Assembly: GCF_018977255.1 (NCBI RefSeq)
Contig: NW_024704742.1
Span: 128,652,001 to 128,716,000 of the forward strand
Reading direction: 5' to 3'
Origin: Callorhinchus milii
Lineage: Eukaryota
DNA: 64,000 nt
A program made the position numbers and the translations under genes. Positions 1 to 14,082 of this stretch are shown in pieces. Position 1 is the first letter of the stretch, and each line of letters opens with the position of its first letter. A model generated the notes under the pieces. That model ran no database searches, was not told where the DNA came from, and was given only the letters and a program-made list of their open reading frames with translations.

Positions 1-374
1 GTGGTAAAATGGATCTCTTTTAAGGTGATGATTGCATGGGAGAGATTGAGATGAATAAAGACTTTTGGTTTTATTCAATCTCTTTTTGCAGAATAGCAAT
101 ATAACCATCTTCTGACTGAGCCCCAAGCTGTTAGATTCCCGTAATCACTTCCACTACCAACTCCTCCACCCTAGATAGTTTCTCCTCTAAAGATACCACG
201 CATATCCCTTTGTTTCTTCCTGCATTGCAACAAATTACATTTATATCGCACCCTTCACATAGGGCAACATCTCAAAGCGCATGACAATGATGGGTTCGGA
301 CATTAAGCAGGGGAGGATAGAGATGGAAGGGAGGCAGAGAGTTCCAGAGGTTAGGGGAATAGAATCTGAATTAC

Positions 375-560
375 TGTTCATGGCGTAAACACCCTTTCCA
401 TGTGAGTTGATGATTGACATGTAACCACTCCAATCCAGTACTCTTCCGTGTTGCTCATGGCGCAGTCTACCTCTATATCTTTGAGACCAAGCAAAGACTG
501 GGTGACCACTTTACTAAATGTTTCCATTTTGTATGCTGACCAACCCTGTGTACCTTCTTT
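375..560 (+). mobile_element. Degenerate Penelope-like element fragment (GIY-YIG endonuclease region)
   Basis: ctctatatctttgagaccaagcaaagactgggtgaccacttt resembles the LYIGETKRRLGDRF motif. Confidence 0.5.
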
Positions 561-719
561 AACATAGATGCTACGTCATTAATTTCTGTCTATCGACATG
601 AAAAGCCAAATTAAAGTGAATTTTTAATGAATTGCCCAGACACTGACGTGTCTTTGACCAGTGGATTTTTTTTGTGACTATTAGTACAGAGGGTTATGTT
701 TCATGTCAACAGTACTCTT

Positions 720-985
720 GTCTCCACACGCCTCTGTTTCCTTACTCCACATGACTCTGTTTACCTAGCAGTAAGTAGGAACCCAGTTGTTAGTTGATTG
801 GCGGATTGCTTTTTCAGGGATAATAATCCCTCAAAAAAAAATAATAATTTGGTCACTCAATCCACGACTGTTTGTGGGACACTGCTGTGCGCAATTGGCT
901 GCCACGTTTCGGTCACAAATATACATTCAATTCACTTTATAGTATATTCTGTGAAGCACTATATCAAATGCAAGGATTATTGTTA
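720..985 (+). mobile_element. tRNA-derived Deu-type SINE, long form, headless and degenerate
   Basis: Shares gtttccttactccac, ctgtttgtgggacactgctgtgcgcaattggctgcc and tcaaatgcaaggattatt with other copies. Confidence 0.85.
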
Positions 986-1769
986 TTGTCACTGGGAATC
1001 TCTACCCAATGCCACAATGGGAGCACCCTCACCACAAGGGCTGCAGTGGTTCCTCAGAATAACTGGAGATGGGCAATAAATGTTGAGGGAAATCCTCAAC
1101 AAAACTCAACATGAACCCTGCATCAACAACAAAATTACATTTGTATAGCGCCTTTCACGTTGGGAGGATGTGAGGATGCATCAGTATCTCTTCTTCGTTT
1201 TGAGCAACAACAACTCTTCAACCACTGACCGAAGTAATGACGAATGAGTTCCAACCCTAGTTTTCTTCCCTTCATTCATTTACTACATATGTGATTGTAT
1301 TAAGAATGGTACTGGCTTTACATGCTTTCTCTAAGCTGTATCAGTCATCCCTTTGTCTTTTTTAACCTTTGTCTCTCTAATATGTATATCTGCTCCCTTG
1401 TACTGACCTCATCAATCTCCATGGCTGCTAAACTCCAATTAAAGGAGCCAGTGCAAAATCTTGGCATTTTGTTTGCCTTAGCTCTCTTTTAAGCCTTTCA
1501 ACTTAATCCCTAATTTACCCCCAATCGCCTAAAACTCTATTCCATGCCTTCATCACCTTCAGACATGACTTCTCCAACACACTGCTTGGCAGCCATCCCA
1601 GCTCCATCATCCACAATCTCCGGATCATCCAGAAATCTGTCATCTGCATTCTCTCCTTCACTAAGTCTCCAGGAATGCATCAGCCTCATCCTTGCCAGAT
1701 AAAACTGGTCATTCATTTTATTACTGCGTTCTGTGAAAATAGATTGCCAAGTGAATGATTTTTTTTTTA

Positions 1770-2005
1770 TCTGGGGGAATGTTGGCCAGGACAAGCCAAC
1801 TTCTCTATTCAAATAATATCATGGGATCTTTAATGTCCACTTGAATAGATGGACCGAACTTTAGTTTAAGATCTCATCCGAAGGTCTGCAAGTCAAACAA
1901 TGCAGTTCTTCGCTAGCACTGCATTGGAGTGCCAGCCGATGCATGGCTTGAACCCAAAACCTTCTGAGTCAGAGGCAAATTTGCTACCAACTGAACCAGG
2001 GTGAC
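1770..2005 (-). mobile_element. Ancient Deu-domain SINE (SacSINE/AmnSINE-like) remnant
   Basis: tRNA-like head plus Deu core (ggatgagatcttaaact...caagtggacattaaagatcccatg); related remnants near 5530-5900 (+), 29700-30090 (-), 46130-46700 (+). Confidence 0.65.
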
Positions 2006-5000
2006 CCCAGTAGCTGGAAAGGATTCTGGATTCATAAATCAACAAATAGAGAGCCTGTGCTGAAAGTATCACAATGAGCAAGAAAAGATGGATGACTTAT
2101 GCATTGAGTGAGATTTTGAGTCATAGCCACAATTCATGCAGACTTTCTAGAATGAAGATGCTAGATACTGTAAATGCTACTCATTGCTCAAGTGTGACCA
2201 CATTAAGCAAGGAAGATGGAGTGCAGCACTGCCGATGTCTCTTCCTAAACGAAATGATTGCAGCACAATTACTTAAATCCAAGGGTTTGAAAAAGAAAGA
2301 TAGATTTTTGGGAGGTTAAAATGAATGCATGATGTAAAATAAAAATAATCACAGGACACAGTAGACATCTTTCTTGACTTGGAAGAGTTGTGTTCCTAGA
2401 TAAAAGTGACAGATAAAAAAGTGATATTGACCAAAGTATGTCTGTATATGATAATGTTTTACCTGATCAGTTAGAGCAAAACTAGTTCAATTAAATTGCT
2501 GTCCAGATCCTTTTAAGAGTTCATGGGAGTTCACATACAAAACAGTCACTAAACTTTACAGTATATCCTGTGAAGCACTTTGAGATGTCTTCCCACAGTG
2601 AAAGTGCTTTATCAAATGGAAATATTACTCTTATTGTGATATTCAGCTCTATGAAGATTTCTACAAAAAAATCCATAAATTGTTGTTTAATTTTGACTAC
2701 AATCATCTTAATCTAACTGTGAGGAAATGAGACTGTAAAAACAAATCACTTTGGTTATTTTTGATAGAATGCACTGATAGCTTGCTTTGTTCTTCATTTA
2801 AACTGCATTATACATGATGTCTCATTCTTCATGTGGGGCTTTTCAAAAAGGAACATGCTTGAATGCAGCTTTGTGAATTTTGCTACTTCAAATTTTTATT
2901 ACAGCTTGTATTTGAACACCTCAACCTCTCTGATTTTGTTTTTTAATGAGCATATACACATGTATATTCAAGCTACAGCCATACTGCTTACTCTTAATTT
3001 CAGAATATATCTTTACTTAAAATAACACAGCACAAAACTAGGCTATTCAGCCTAATGAGGCTGTGCTGACATTTATACTCCATATAAACCTCCATCCATC
3101 CTAATGCACTCTTCTATACCCCTCTATTCCCTTCTCCCTCAAGTATGCATCATGTTTCCTCTTAACAGCCAAATTACTTTCCAACCTTCGCCATCTTGAA
3201 GCATAAGATGCAGCTCAATATGAAGAGTGACACAATATTCCATAAACTGCCCCAAGGCTGCAAGGTGATCACATTTGAAAGAAAGTCTAAATGGACATCC
3301 GGTACTTATTATGTGGCTCAGAGGCTGACAGTCTCATTCAGTGAAAGATGTTTGAATTATCAATCCGCCCAGCTTTACCTATCAATCATACTATACTCAG
3401 CAGTTTTGTTCTAATTGGAAAGCAAAAGCTTGACTTGTCAAGGACAGTGGTTTGGATTTACATTCCAGGCTGTCCAATTCAATTATTTATTGGAGAATTG
3501 GACCACAAAATTAACCTGAATGCTTCTGTAAAAGTTGCGGGGACATAGATTTTACACTTGGAAATAGATATTCATTCTTCTTACTCAACAACTCATATTT
3601 GTGAATCATGCAAAGGTTTACACGCTAAGGACTATTTTCTTTGCAAGGTCTTTTTGCACAATTTACAATGATACACCTGAACACTGATCTTCAAAGCATT
3701 TACAAGTCTTTTAAAAAATTATCTTAACTTCAGTCAAAGGTATATTTATGGCTAATTTGTTTGCCTCAAATCAATCTGATGTAGTTGATGGGTCGTCCTC
3801 TGACTCTTCAACCCAGCAACTCAGGATTTCTCCATCTGTTCTCCCTCCCACTGTTCCTTCTTCACAGCAATAATCTACATTCATCCCTCAACTCTATTTA
3901 AAATAATATTTTTTCTTTCAAAGACAGTTTCTTCACGCATTGTACATCTAACCAGCAGTAACCACATTACCTTTCGATAGCTCCATTCCAAATTCTATCT
4001 TTTATGCCCATTCTGGGTTTCACTATCTCCTCAGGTTGTAAAATACAATTCTCATGTCTCCAAAAAGCTACCTGTAGGTTGAGGAACATATTGGTGAGTG
4101 GGCTTTTAGCCTCTCTGCCCCCACCCTTTGGAACTCCATCTGAGTCCCTCCACCTCACCACCTCCCTTGCCTTCTTCAAGACCCCTCTCAAAACCCTCCT
4201 TGTCAATCGTGGCTTCAGTCATCCTCCTCACCCTACACACCCTCCACATCCCAACCACGAGCTCGGGTGCGGATCCCTGACTGTCCAGCGCCTTGAGTTG
4301 TCCTCCCGACGTGAAAGGCGCTATACAAATGTAAAAGACCAAGGTCCACTTAGTTCACAAGTGTTTTCTGATTCTAGGCTTTTTTTAAAAAAAACACCTA
4401 CAATGTAGGTGAATCGCATATTGTGCATATTTTTATACCAAATATAGAGTGCATTTCTACAGAGAAACTACATAGCTCAAAATATGCACAAAATGCAAAA
4501 GCAAGGAAAATAAAATTACAATATTTTGCAAATGGTAGGAAGTGGGATTTTTTCTTGTTAATTCAGCAACTGACACTTCTAATAAATTTTGATTATACAG
4601 CATTCATCTTCTGCTTCTACAACAAATCCAATTTGCAGTGAAAAGTTTTATGGTGAAACTGTCACTATGTGCTCACATAGATTTTGACTGACAGTAGAAT
4701 AAAGGGCAACTCATATAATCCAGTTACTTAATACATTTAAAAGACCGTTTCTGCGTGCACAGTAGGTTACCCTTGATGGGCCGTCAAAGTCTGGCTCAAA
4801 TGGTTTGAACTAAAATATGCTGAAGGCAGAAAATGTGAGGATCAAGTTTAATAAGACAGATGACCTTTGTACATTAGTGTGCAGCTTGTGACTAGATGTG
4901 GGAATGATTAACATAAATTGTTTGCAGCCTCAGAATAAGCTTTGACATACCAGGTAAAATGTCAACAATTCCCTGGAAACTGTAATGTAGCTTTTGTAAA

Positions 5001-6261
5001 TGAATATGGATGTCAACAATTGAATCTAACAATTTTTGGGGGGGGTTTTCGTTGACGATCTGTAGAATACGACAGTAGCTTTCACAGACTATGTGGCCTT
5101 TGGCTGGCCCAATAATATCTGGAGGAAACTATTGTAATATATAACATGGGTTAATCAACTCTGCCAAAAATTGGAACTTAAATAAAATAGCTTCAGTGGC
5201 AATGCTAAAACTCAGGTATCAATGCACAAAGTAACCCTACTGCTCCCCCTGGCGATTTCAACTCTCCTTGTAAATTACTGTAGTCACGTCTCATTGAGTT
5301 GAAAACAACAAACATTATATTTATCTACAAGCCTAGACCAATTAGACTCCAAGAACAGAACAAGTTTTACCAAAATCAACCACATCAAAGCTGGTAGAAA
5401 ACCCACTGCACCACTGCTTCACATCTCCTGATCTCTGAATGGATTGCTTCTGTCAACGTCCAGCACAATGAGTGTTGCTGCTGAACACCCATTAATGATG
5501 AGCAGTTTTTTTAAACCATATCTGCTGTGTTGCAGTACCAGATACATAGTCTAGGTTGAATACCAATGCAGTACTGCATTATTACATGTGCCATCCATCA
5601 AAGGAGGTTTTAAACTGAGGTCCTGTCCGCCTGTTAAATTGGACATTAAAAATCTCATAACATTAATCAAGAAGGGAGATTCTCCAAGCATCCTGACCAA
5701 CAATCTTCCAGATAAAATTGGTCATTCAGATGAGAGCTGTTTGTGGGCCATTGTTGCTAATTACATTTGGAATCAGCTATTCCTAAGGAAGAGCTACGCC
5801 TTACAATGGTTGCATCGCTTACAGGCCTCTGTTTGCCACTGGGTCACATCCTTGGAAGTGATGGAACCAGGAAAAGCCTGGAGAGGTGTGAAAACACTTT
5901 TGTCCTGAAATATCTTCAGTGTTTTCCCAAACTTTATAAATATGAGAGTAGGCAGTTATAAGCAATCAATGCACACTTAGCAGTTTGACAAAATAAGGAC
6001 TTGTTTGCCTGTCCTTCAGGTGGACATTAAAGCTTTCTTAGCGCTAAATGAAAAACAATCGTCCCTTAGCCAACCATCCCTCTAGTCAAAACTGGTCACA
6101 TTTTAGAACGGTTTATGAGGAATTGCTGGGAACAAATTGACTTCTGTGTTGGTCCACAAGTAGCCCTGCCCATAGCACAGCGACCGCACTTGTTAAGGTC
6201 ACAGACGACACCCCCTCTCTCTCTGTGACCAGGGCTCCCTCTGCCTCCTCATCCTCCTGGA

Positions 6262-7775
6262 CAACAAAAACTTGCACTTATATAGTTCTCTACACGCCGG
6301 GCGGCTTCTTAGAGTGCTTAATGGTAGAGCTTGAGGCCGAGCTAGGGGGAGGGGGAAGGTGACCATAGGCGCGGTTGAAAAGGAAGGTCTTCAGGCACAA
6401 CCTGAAGATGGGGAAGGAGGGGGTTAGGCGAAGGGGTTGAGGGAGGGAGCTCCAAAGTTTTGGGGCGTAGTGGCTGAAGGCACAGCTGCCAATGGTGGAG
6501 CAGAGGATTCAGGGGCCCCAGTAGAGCAGAGGCAGCGGGTACTGCTGTGGGCAGAGAGGAGGTTAGAGAGATAGGAGGGTGCCAAGGAATTGAGGGATTT
6601 AAACACTAGAGTGAGGATCTTGAAGTCGATCCACTCCGTGACCGGGAGAAGTGGGATTTGGCAAGGACTGGTATGAAGTTTGGTGCGAGTGACAATGCGG
6701 GCGGCGAGTTTTGCATGAGCTGAGGGGAGAAGGGCATTAGAGTATTCCAGCCGATAGGTGACAAAGGCATGGACTAGGGTGTCGGCAGCTTTTAGGGTGA
6801 GGTATTGTCGGAGACGGGCAATGTGGTGGAGGTGAGAAGAAGGCGGTGCTGGTCAGGGACCGGATGTGGGGGAGGAAGGATAACTGGGATCGAAACTGAC
6901 GCCTAAGTTGCGCGCAGGTTCAGAGAGTTTTAAGGACAGGTCTGGTAGGTTGAGGTCGGCGCTGTGGGACAGAAGACGTCGATGGGAGCCAAAGAGCATG
7001 TCTTTTTGACGGTTAACTGCAGGAAATTTGCGCTCATCCAGCTCCTGATGTCCGACAGACAAGCTGATAGAACATCGGGGGCTGGGGGTTGCAGCTGGGG
7101 GTGGAAAAGTAGAGTTGCGTATTATCCGCGTGTGGAAGTTAACCCTGTGTCTGTGGATGATATCACCGAGAGGAAGAATATAGATGAGGAAGAGAAGGGG
7201 ACCAAGGATCGATCCTTGAGTTATTCCGCAGGTGACCAGGTGGAAACGAGAAGACAAGTTATTTGCAGAAATGTAGTGCTGACAGTTTGTAAAGAAGGAC
7301 TCGAACCAAGTGAGTGCTGTCCCACTGAGGTGGATGATGGAGGCAGGCGATGGAGGAGGATGGTGTGATCAACTGTGTTGAACGCGGCGGAGAGGTCCAG
7401 GAGGACGAGGAGGCAGAGTGAGACCTGGTCACAGATAGAGAGGATATCGTTTGTGACCTTCATGAGTGCTATCTCTGTACTATGGGCAGGGCACAAACCG
7501 GATTGGAGGAGTCCAAGTAGGCTGTGGAGGGAGAGCTGCGCGCAAACTTGATTGGAAACAACACATTCCACAGCTTTGGCAAGGAAGGGCAGGTTTGAGA
7601 TAGGACAGCAGTAGCCAAGGTTGGAGGGATCGAGGGTAGGTTTTTTAAAGGAGCGGGTTGATGACCGTGGTTTTGAGGGCGAGTGGGACTGATCCTGAGG
7701 AGAAAGACTGGTTAATAGTGTCTGCCAGCAGAGGAGGGGGAGCTGGGTGACCAGCAGTTGGGTGGGGAGGGCATT
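6262..7775 (-). mobile_element. L2 LINE 3' fragment (RT domain, frameshifted)
   Basis: PISNLPFLAK, LLDLSAAFNTVDH, GITQGSILGPLLF motifs in ORF track; 3' tail at about 6262-6320. Confidence 0.92.
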
Positions 7776-8224
7776 GACCTTTCCGACCCGCTCGACATTC
7801 GACCTCATCCAGCTCAGTAGGACTGCACTATCCTGGTTTGAGTACTACCTAACAAACCAATTCACTTTGTCTGTTCAAAAGGTTTGTCCTGCTGCCATCA
7901 CCTGATCACCTGTGGTGTATCCCAGGGCTCCAACCTTGGCCTCTTCCTCTTCCATATGTTCCCCCTTGCCGATGTCATTCACAGACACGGGGTAAACAAA
8001 CACACAAATCTACTTCTTCTCCTCCAGCTCCAGAGATGTTCTGTCAGCTTGACTGGCAAACATCAGGGCCTGGATGAGCCCGAACTGCTTACAACTAAAT
8101 GTTGCCAAACAGAAGCCATACTCCTTGGCTCCCGTCAAGGTCTTTTGTCCTGCGGCTCTGACCTCCTCTACCACCCTGGCCTATCCCTCAGACTCACTGA
8201 ACCAGTGCACAATCTAGGCGTCAG

Positions 8225-9361
8225 GCAACAAAATTACATTTGCATAGCAGGAGGACGTACCAAGGCGCTGGACAGACAGAGTTTATGGACCCGAGCTGAA
8301 AGGCAGGATGGGGGAGGGTGGAGGGTAGGGGAGAAGCAGGGAGATCGAAAGCACGGTCGAAGAGGAGGGTCTTGAGGTGGGTCTTAAAGGTGGTGATGGA
8401 GGGAGTGAGACAGAGGGCCTGTGGGATGGAGTTCCAGAGGGTGGGTGCAGAGTGGCAGGAGGCCCGGCCACCAATAGTGGGGCGAGCAAGGCAGGAGACG
8501 TGAAGCAGGCCGGAGCCCACTGAGCGGAGGGAATGAACAGGGGTTAGGAGGTCGGAGAGGTAGGGAGACGCAAGACCGTGGAGGGATTTGAAGGTGAGGA
8601 CCAGGATCTTGAACAGTATCCTCTGTGTGATGGGAAGCCAGTGGAGTTGAGCAAGGATGGGGGTGATAGGGTCGCAGAGGCTGGTGCGGGAGAGAACACG
8701 GGCTGCAGAGTTCTGGATGATTTGCAGCCTGTGGAGGGAGGAGTTGGGGAGGCCGACAACCAATGAGTTTGCATAGTCGGGCCTCAATGTAATGAAGGTG
8801 TGTATGAGGGTATTGGCGGCCTGCGGTGTGAGACAGTGTCAGAGTCGGGCAACGTTGCAGAGGTGGGGGAAGGCAGAGCAGGTCATGGCGCAGATGTGGG
8901 GTAGAAAGAATAGTTGATGGTCAAACTCAAGCCCCCAAGATTCCAGACTGACTTAGTAAGGTGGAGTGTGCAACCATGGATGGTGATGCTGTCAGCGCTT
9001 GAGGTGAGAAGGCGCTGACGGAAGCCAATCAGGAGAGCCTCGGTCTTGTTGATGTTCAACTGAAGAAAGTTAGGTCTCATCCAGGATGATGTCTGACTGG
9101 TTGGAGGCAGAGAGGTAGAGCTGAGTGTCACCTGCATACATGTGGAAGTTGACCCCATGTCTGCGGATGATGTCACCAAGCGGGAGCATATAGATATTGA
9201 AGAGGAGGGGACCAAGGACAGAGCCCTGAGGAACACCGCATGAGATCGTGCAGGTGCTGGAGAAGCCGTTTGTGGAGATTAAGTGGAGATGGTGCGAGAG
9301 ATCGGGTCTGAACCATTCAAGGACAGAACCATGAAGGTTGAGGTGAAAGGACAGAGACCTG
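8225..9361 (-). mobile_element. L2 LINE 3' fragment
   Basis: GVPQGSVLGPLLF, MYAGDTQLY, LHWLPITQRILFKIL; tail at 8225-8270. Confidence 0.92.
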
Positions 9362-11660
9362 AGGTTCAACCACTAGTTATCCTTTCTTCCCCACATCCGG
9401 TCCCTGACCAGGACTGCCTTCCTCCACCTCGCCCGCCTCCAACCATACTTTACCCAATGCAGCAAAAACGCTCATCCATGCATTCATCACCTCATGACTT
9501 GACTTTTCAAATGCCCTCTTCACCAGTCTCCTCAGCTACACCATGCACAAGATCCACCAATCCAAAACTCTGCCACCCACACATACTCCATACCCTCATC
9601 ACACCAGTTCTAGCCAGGCTCCACTGGATCCCTATTGCCAAATGGATTGATTTCAAGATCCTTACACTTGTTTTCAAATCCCTTCATGCCCTGTCACCTC
9701 CTTACACCTTTGACCTGCTTACCCCCCAACCCACTGCCTTTGTTCAATTAGCTCTGGCCTTCTGCATGTCCCTCGTGCCCTCTATTCCACCATCAGTGGC
9801 TATGCTTTCAGCCACGATATATCCCCAAACTCTGGAACACTCTTCCTCTATCTGGCCCCTTCCTTCACCATCTTCAGGTCACGGCTGAAGACCTTCCTCT
9901 TTGACTATGCCTACGGTATCCGCTCGCTTCACCAGGCTACGCGTTGTGCTCTGCCACTGTCAAGGGCTCTGGCACATGACCCTGCGTGAGGGTTACTATA
10001 TAAATGCAAGCTGTTGTTGTCACTTCACAGAAACCGTGAAACATTTCAAAAAGTTTGATGCTATATTAAATACAAATATTATAATAAAGATTACTTGGAG
10101 GTGTTGTCTGTTCAGTCTGGTCTGTTTTCACACTCATCTGTTCCAAAATCCGTGTGGAAGGGAAGTGATGGCAGTGATTTGGGGGTTAATCTTTTAACTG
10201 ACCATGGTAGTTCCATAGGTCTACTGTTATACCATGATACAGCCTTATATAGTCTATTAATCTTCTAGCCTTGTCTTATGGTATGTAATTGATGAATGGA
10301 AAAGGAATTGGGAATGTGCTATTTTGGCTTGAAGAAACATTTCATTGAAGCTTGAATTTGATCATTTAAATCCAGCCCACACACTATGAAACAAAGTTCT
10401 CTTACACAAAGTTAATAAGCCTCATGACAGCTTTTACACTGGAGCCAACGTATGTACTGGAAAACTTTGGTGCCTTTAGACACTAGCTTAGAATGCTTTA
10501 ATGTGGAATTGGTTTAAATATTGTGGTTCAAATGCAAAATCTCATTCCAGGAGATTGGAAATAACTGTACCTGAGTTAGTCTAGAAAATAGTCATTTTAT
10601 GCACAGATACATGATTTAGAATATAAGCTGGAAAACAAGTGTGAATTTAGATATAAAAAACAGTCACTCTCCACTTTAACTATTATGCCAAAGTACCTTT
10701 AATAAAATAAAAGGCACCCATTTGCCTATTGGTGTCCAATTTTTGGGGGAGATTGAACATATTTTGCTCATACTATGCTCATAAATGAACACTAATATTA
10801 AAACATAAGAGGCCAAATACTCTGGTAACATTTCCCCACAATACCCCATGAGTCAGTGTGGCACCATGAAAGCTTTAACTCCAAATGCTCGTAATATACA
10901 ATGACTAATATCACTTAAAATTATTTCCAAGTAACCTCTGTACTATTTCTGAAGTCACCAGGAACTTTAAACCTCATCTCTTAATGACATTTGTATACAT
11001 TAGAAAAAACAAGAGGATGTTAAAAGGCAGGTACTCAATCAAAAGGGACAGATAAAAGCAAAAGTGACTAACACAGTATAAGTCATGTCAAGTCAGAGAG
11101 CATTACTGCCTTATGTTTCTTTCATTGATTGGTTACCCCCATTTTCAAAAGAACAAATGTACACATTAGATCACCAGTAAATTAGCAATGCAAAGATTGG
11201 CTTACATCCCAGGAATATCATCTCAGAAATTTCAATTATTCTCACCGTATATTTGCTGCTTCCATCACCTTTTGCTTTTTTTCCCCAAATGAAGTAAATA
11301 ACTTCTAAAACAAATGATAAAGAAGTAGTGATGTAAACTACCATACTGAAATTCTCAACTTTCAAAATATAGTTTCTAACTCAGTTTTATCCAATTCAAA
11401 ACTACGGCTGACATTTAAATAGCAGTTTAGACTTGTACCTTATGATCTGTTGTATACTCATTGCTGCATTTTTTTTACTACTGTGATCAATGATCAGACA
11501 TTATGTGAATTAAACTTCAGGTGCATATACAATGTACTATAATATACTTCTAGTGAGGTTACCGATGTTTGCATTTTAAAAAAAGCAGGACGTGGAACTT
11601 TTCGTAAATCTGAAACAATTGGCTCCAAATTCCTTATAGCTCCAGAGATTAGATTGCAAA

Positions 11661-11950
11661 TTTATTTAGCAAAAACAGTTTACACTAAAATTGAACAATG
11701 GCATTTAACAATAGTGGTTTTGTCTTTAGTTTACAAGATATTTCAAGCATGTCACAAGGTTGATACTAAACAAAAATAGTTTTTTTGTAATTTTATGGGC
11801 ATTGAATTTCAAGTCAGAGCTACAATTTTTTTGCTACAATATACAGCATTGCAAGCTTTGAACATACTAAGGTGCAACCACTATTAAAAAATTATCACTT
11901 GGAAAAGCATTCCTTAGGTATTGGATATCAACTGGGCAAGTTCCTTTATT
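11661..11950 (-). terminator. Candidate PIK3C3 poly(A) signals in the 3' UTR
   Basis: Minus-strand AATAAA at 11945-11950 and 11661-11666, about 200 and 480 nt after the stop; which is used is not determinable from sequence. Confidence 0.5.
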
Positions 11951-12145
11951 ATTGGCCACTGCAACAATTAGCACTGAATACATTTAACTATCTTGCTGTG
12001 CGAGTTATACTGCAGAACATTTCCTCTCAGTTCCATGGTTTCATGAAAAAAAATACGCTCTCTTTCCTGCAGTAATCCTCAATGTTTCAACAGAAGAGGT
12101 CCATCTCCAGAGATCAAGTCACACTCAGCTGCTGCAGATAAACGT

Positions 12146-12160
12146 CTATCTTCTCCAGTA
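12146..12160 (-). CDS. PIK3C3: PIK3C3 exon 25 coding part (YWRR-stop)
   Basis: Pyrimidine tract + TAG acceptor at 12161-12163, then TAC TGG AGA AGA TAG; matches the vertebrate C-terminus YWRK. Confidence 0.93.
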   Translation of the reverse strand, partial: YWRR

Positions 12161-14082
12161 CTAAAAAGGAAAAATGGGGGTGGAAAACAAGAAACATTAA
12201 GTCACTGAGGATTTCACAATAAACCTGGCATATAATTTTTAAAAAAACAGCTGCAGTACTTGACGACCAAAATCTCACATAATGTTAGGAAGGCAACAGT
12301 ATAAGACAACTGTTTTTNATGAAGAAGTTTCATTTAATGAGGTTGACCATGACCATTATACATGATCTGGAAATGGACTTAGTGTCTCAAGTTTTGGATT
12401 AATTTTGAGCTGTGATCAGATCAAGGCTGCTTTATGAAAACATGCAAATTGCTCCAAGCACCTTAATTATAGAGATTCCCAGAAGAACCCACTGTAATAT
12501 TGGCTCAAGAGATGCCTCACGAACATCCAGTGAGGACTCTGGAGACTCGCACTTTGTCACAAGTATTACCAGGAGATACACTCCACTTCCCATTTCATTA
12601 ATTTCCAAATGGATTTGAATCAAACCGAACCTAATGATTAAAAGCCTTGTCAGGGTTCACTACATTTCAACCAAGTGGATGTAGTTTACAATAGAAAAAA
12701 GACTGGTGCAAGTAATAGAAAAGGATAAACTAGTGTTTGCTCCACTGAGGTAGTTGAGGGGAGGGAATGTGAGTTTTACTGGAATACAAAAGGAATTACT
12801 CTGCATCCAACTCTAGTGCATCTGTCAAGGGAGGCAATGCTGAAAGCTGAAATAGGGCTCCTTCCCTGCGAGAAAATATACTGGGAGTAATAGGATGAAG
12901 TTCAAATAACAGGCACATGCACAGGCCTATTCACATACATATCCAGACAGCGAGTATACCAAGACTCATTGAGCCCTCATGCTAAAATACAAGGGTACAC
13001 AAAAGTTACTTTCGAGGATCATACAAAATATACTGCAATGGGACAGTAATCAGTTTGCTCACAAAGCGACTGATTTCCAAGGTTGAAGCTAACAATTGAA
13101 GAGCACCTGACAAATCAATCCTCGAGACAAATGTTCAGATTTGCAAAGGGCATTTTCACAACAGATACCAAGCAAACAGTCTTTATAAACACAGATGGCG
13201 ATTAATGACTGAAGCTAGATATCAGGAAGGGTAGTTGAGGTCAGGAAGTTGGACACATTTAAATAACAGCTTGATGCTGTAATACAGCAGATGAATGGTA
13301 GGATGGGTATTCACAAAGAATGTGATGAAATCAGCGAAAGGGCATTTATCTGAACCCTCATGATCTTTCATTCATTTGGGTAGCAAAGTTTGTTCACCCG
13401 CTGACATTTCCATCAGTTGCATGAAACAAGCAGATCAGCAGCAATATGAAATCACAAGGTAGAAGCGCTTTTAGGCTACTGTTATTTGCAAGATAGTTAA
13501 TGAGATGTGGCACAGCAACACAGTGAACAAGATTTGAAATTTCCACTATGTATTATAAACCTTCAGTGCAGCTTTCTTGGATATAGGGATGATTGACACT
13601 GACTGCATGAAACCATTTCACTAAGTCGGCCTCGGGAACTATGCTGTTAAGTAAACCACTTCTGGACACTGTGCCAGTTCTCGCTCTCCATCTGAATCAG
13701 CAGTTTGTCAGTATCAATCAACTCCTCAGGTTTCTGCACAAGTGCTCGGAGAACGGAGAACCAATTTCCCTCTGTCTACAACATAATTAAAGTCTGAAAG
13801 TTGCATCTTTTTCTGTCCCTTTTCTGGCAGGTGACAACTAGAATATCAATGATCTAATTGGAGCACATTATCTCCACTTTAAAGCATCTGAGATCCCCTT
13901 CCTTGCAGCCTTCTCTCAAAATGAAGGTCACACCCTTAAATTAAAATTCAAGATCTTTCCTGAATCAATTGAAGTCCATCTACCACATCAATTTTCCATT
14001 TTTTCTTAAATTAGTTCAAAGGTCTTCCATTCCCTTAACAATATGCTTTAGTGTAAAAAGATTGGTAACCTTTAAATGCATT

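Larger units (their letters stand above)
6160..10020 (+). mobile_element. Old L2 LINE 3' portion split into three pieces (about 6160-6261, 7776-8224, 9362-10020) by two antisense L2 insertions
   Basis: Colinear RT-region fragments (AHST.TAL.KVT.D; CGVSQGSNLG; LHWIPIAKWIDFKILTL) ending in tail tataaatgcaagctgttgttg. Confidence 0.8.

Noticed and set aside
6424..9888. Cluster of 100-200 aa ORFs on both strands
   Set aside because: Frameshifted L2 reverse-transcriptase remnants and their antisense frames, not host genes.
12318..12318. Ambiguous base n (another at 39479)
   Set aside because: Assembly uncertainty next to homopolymers; intronic, no effect on coding calls.
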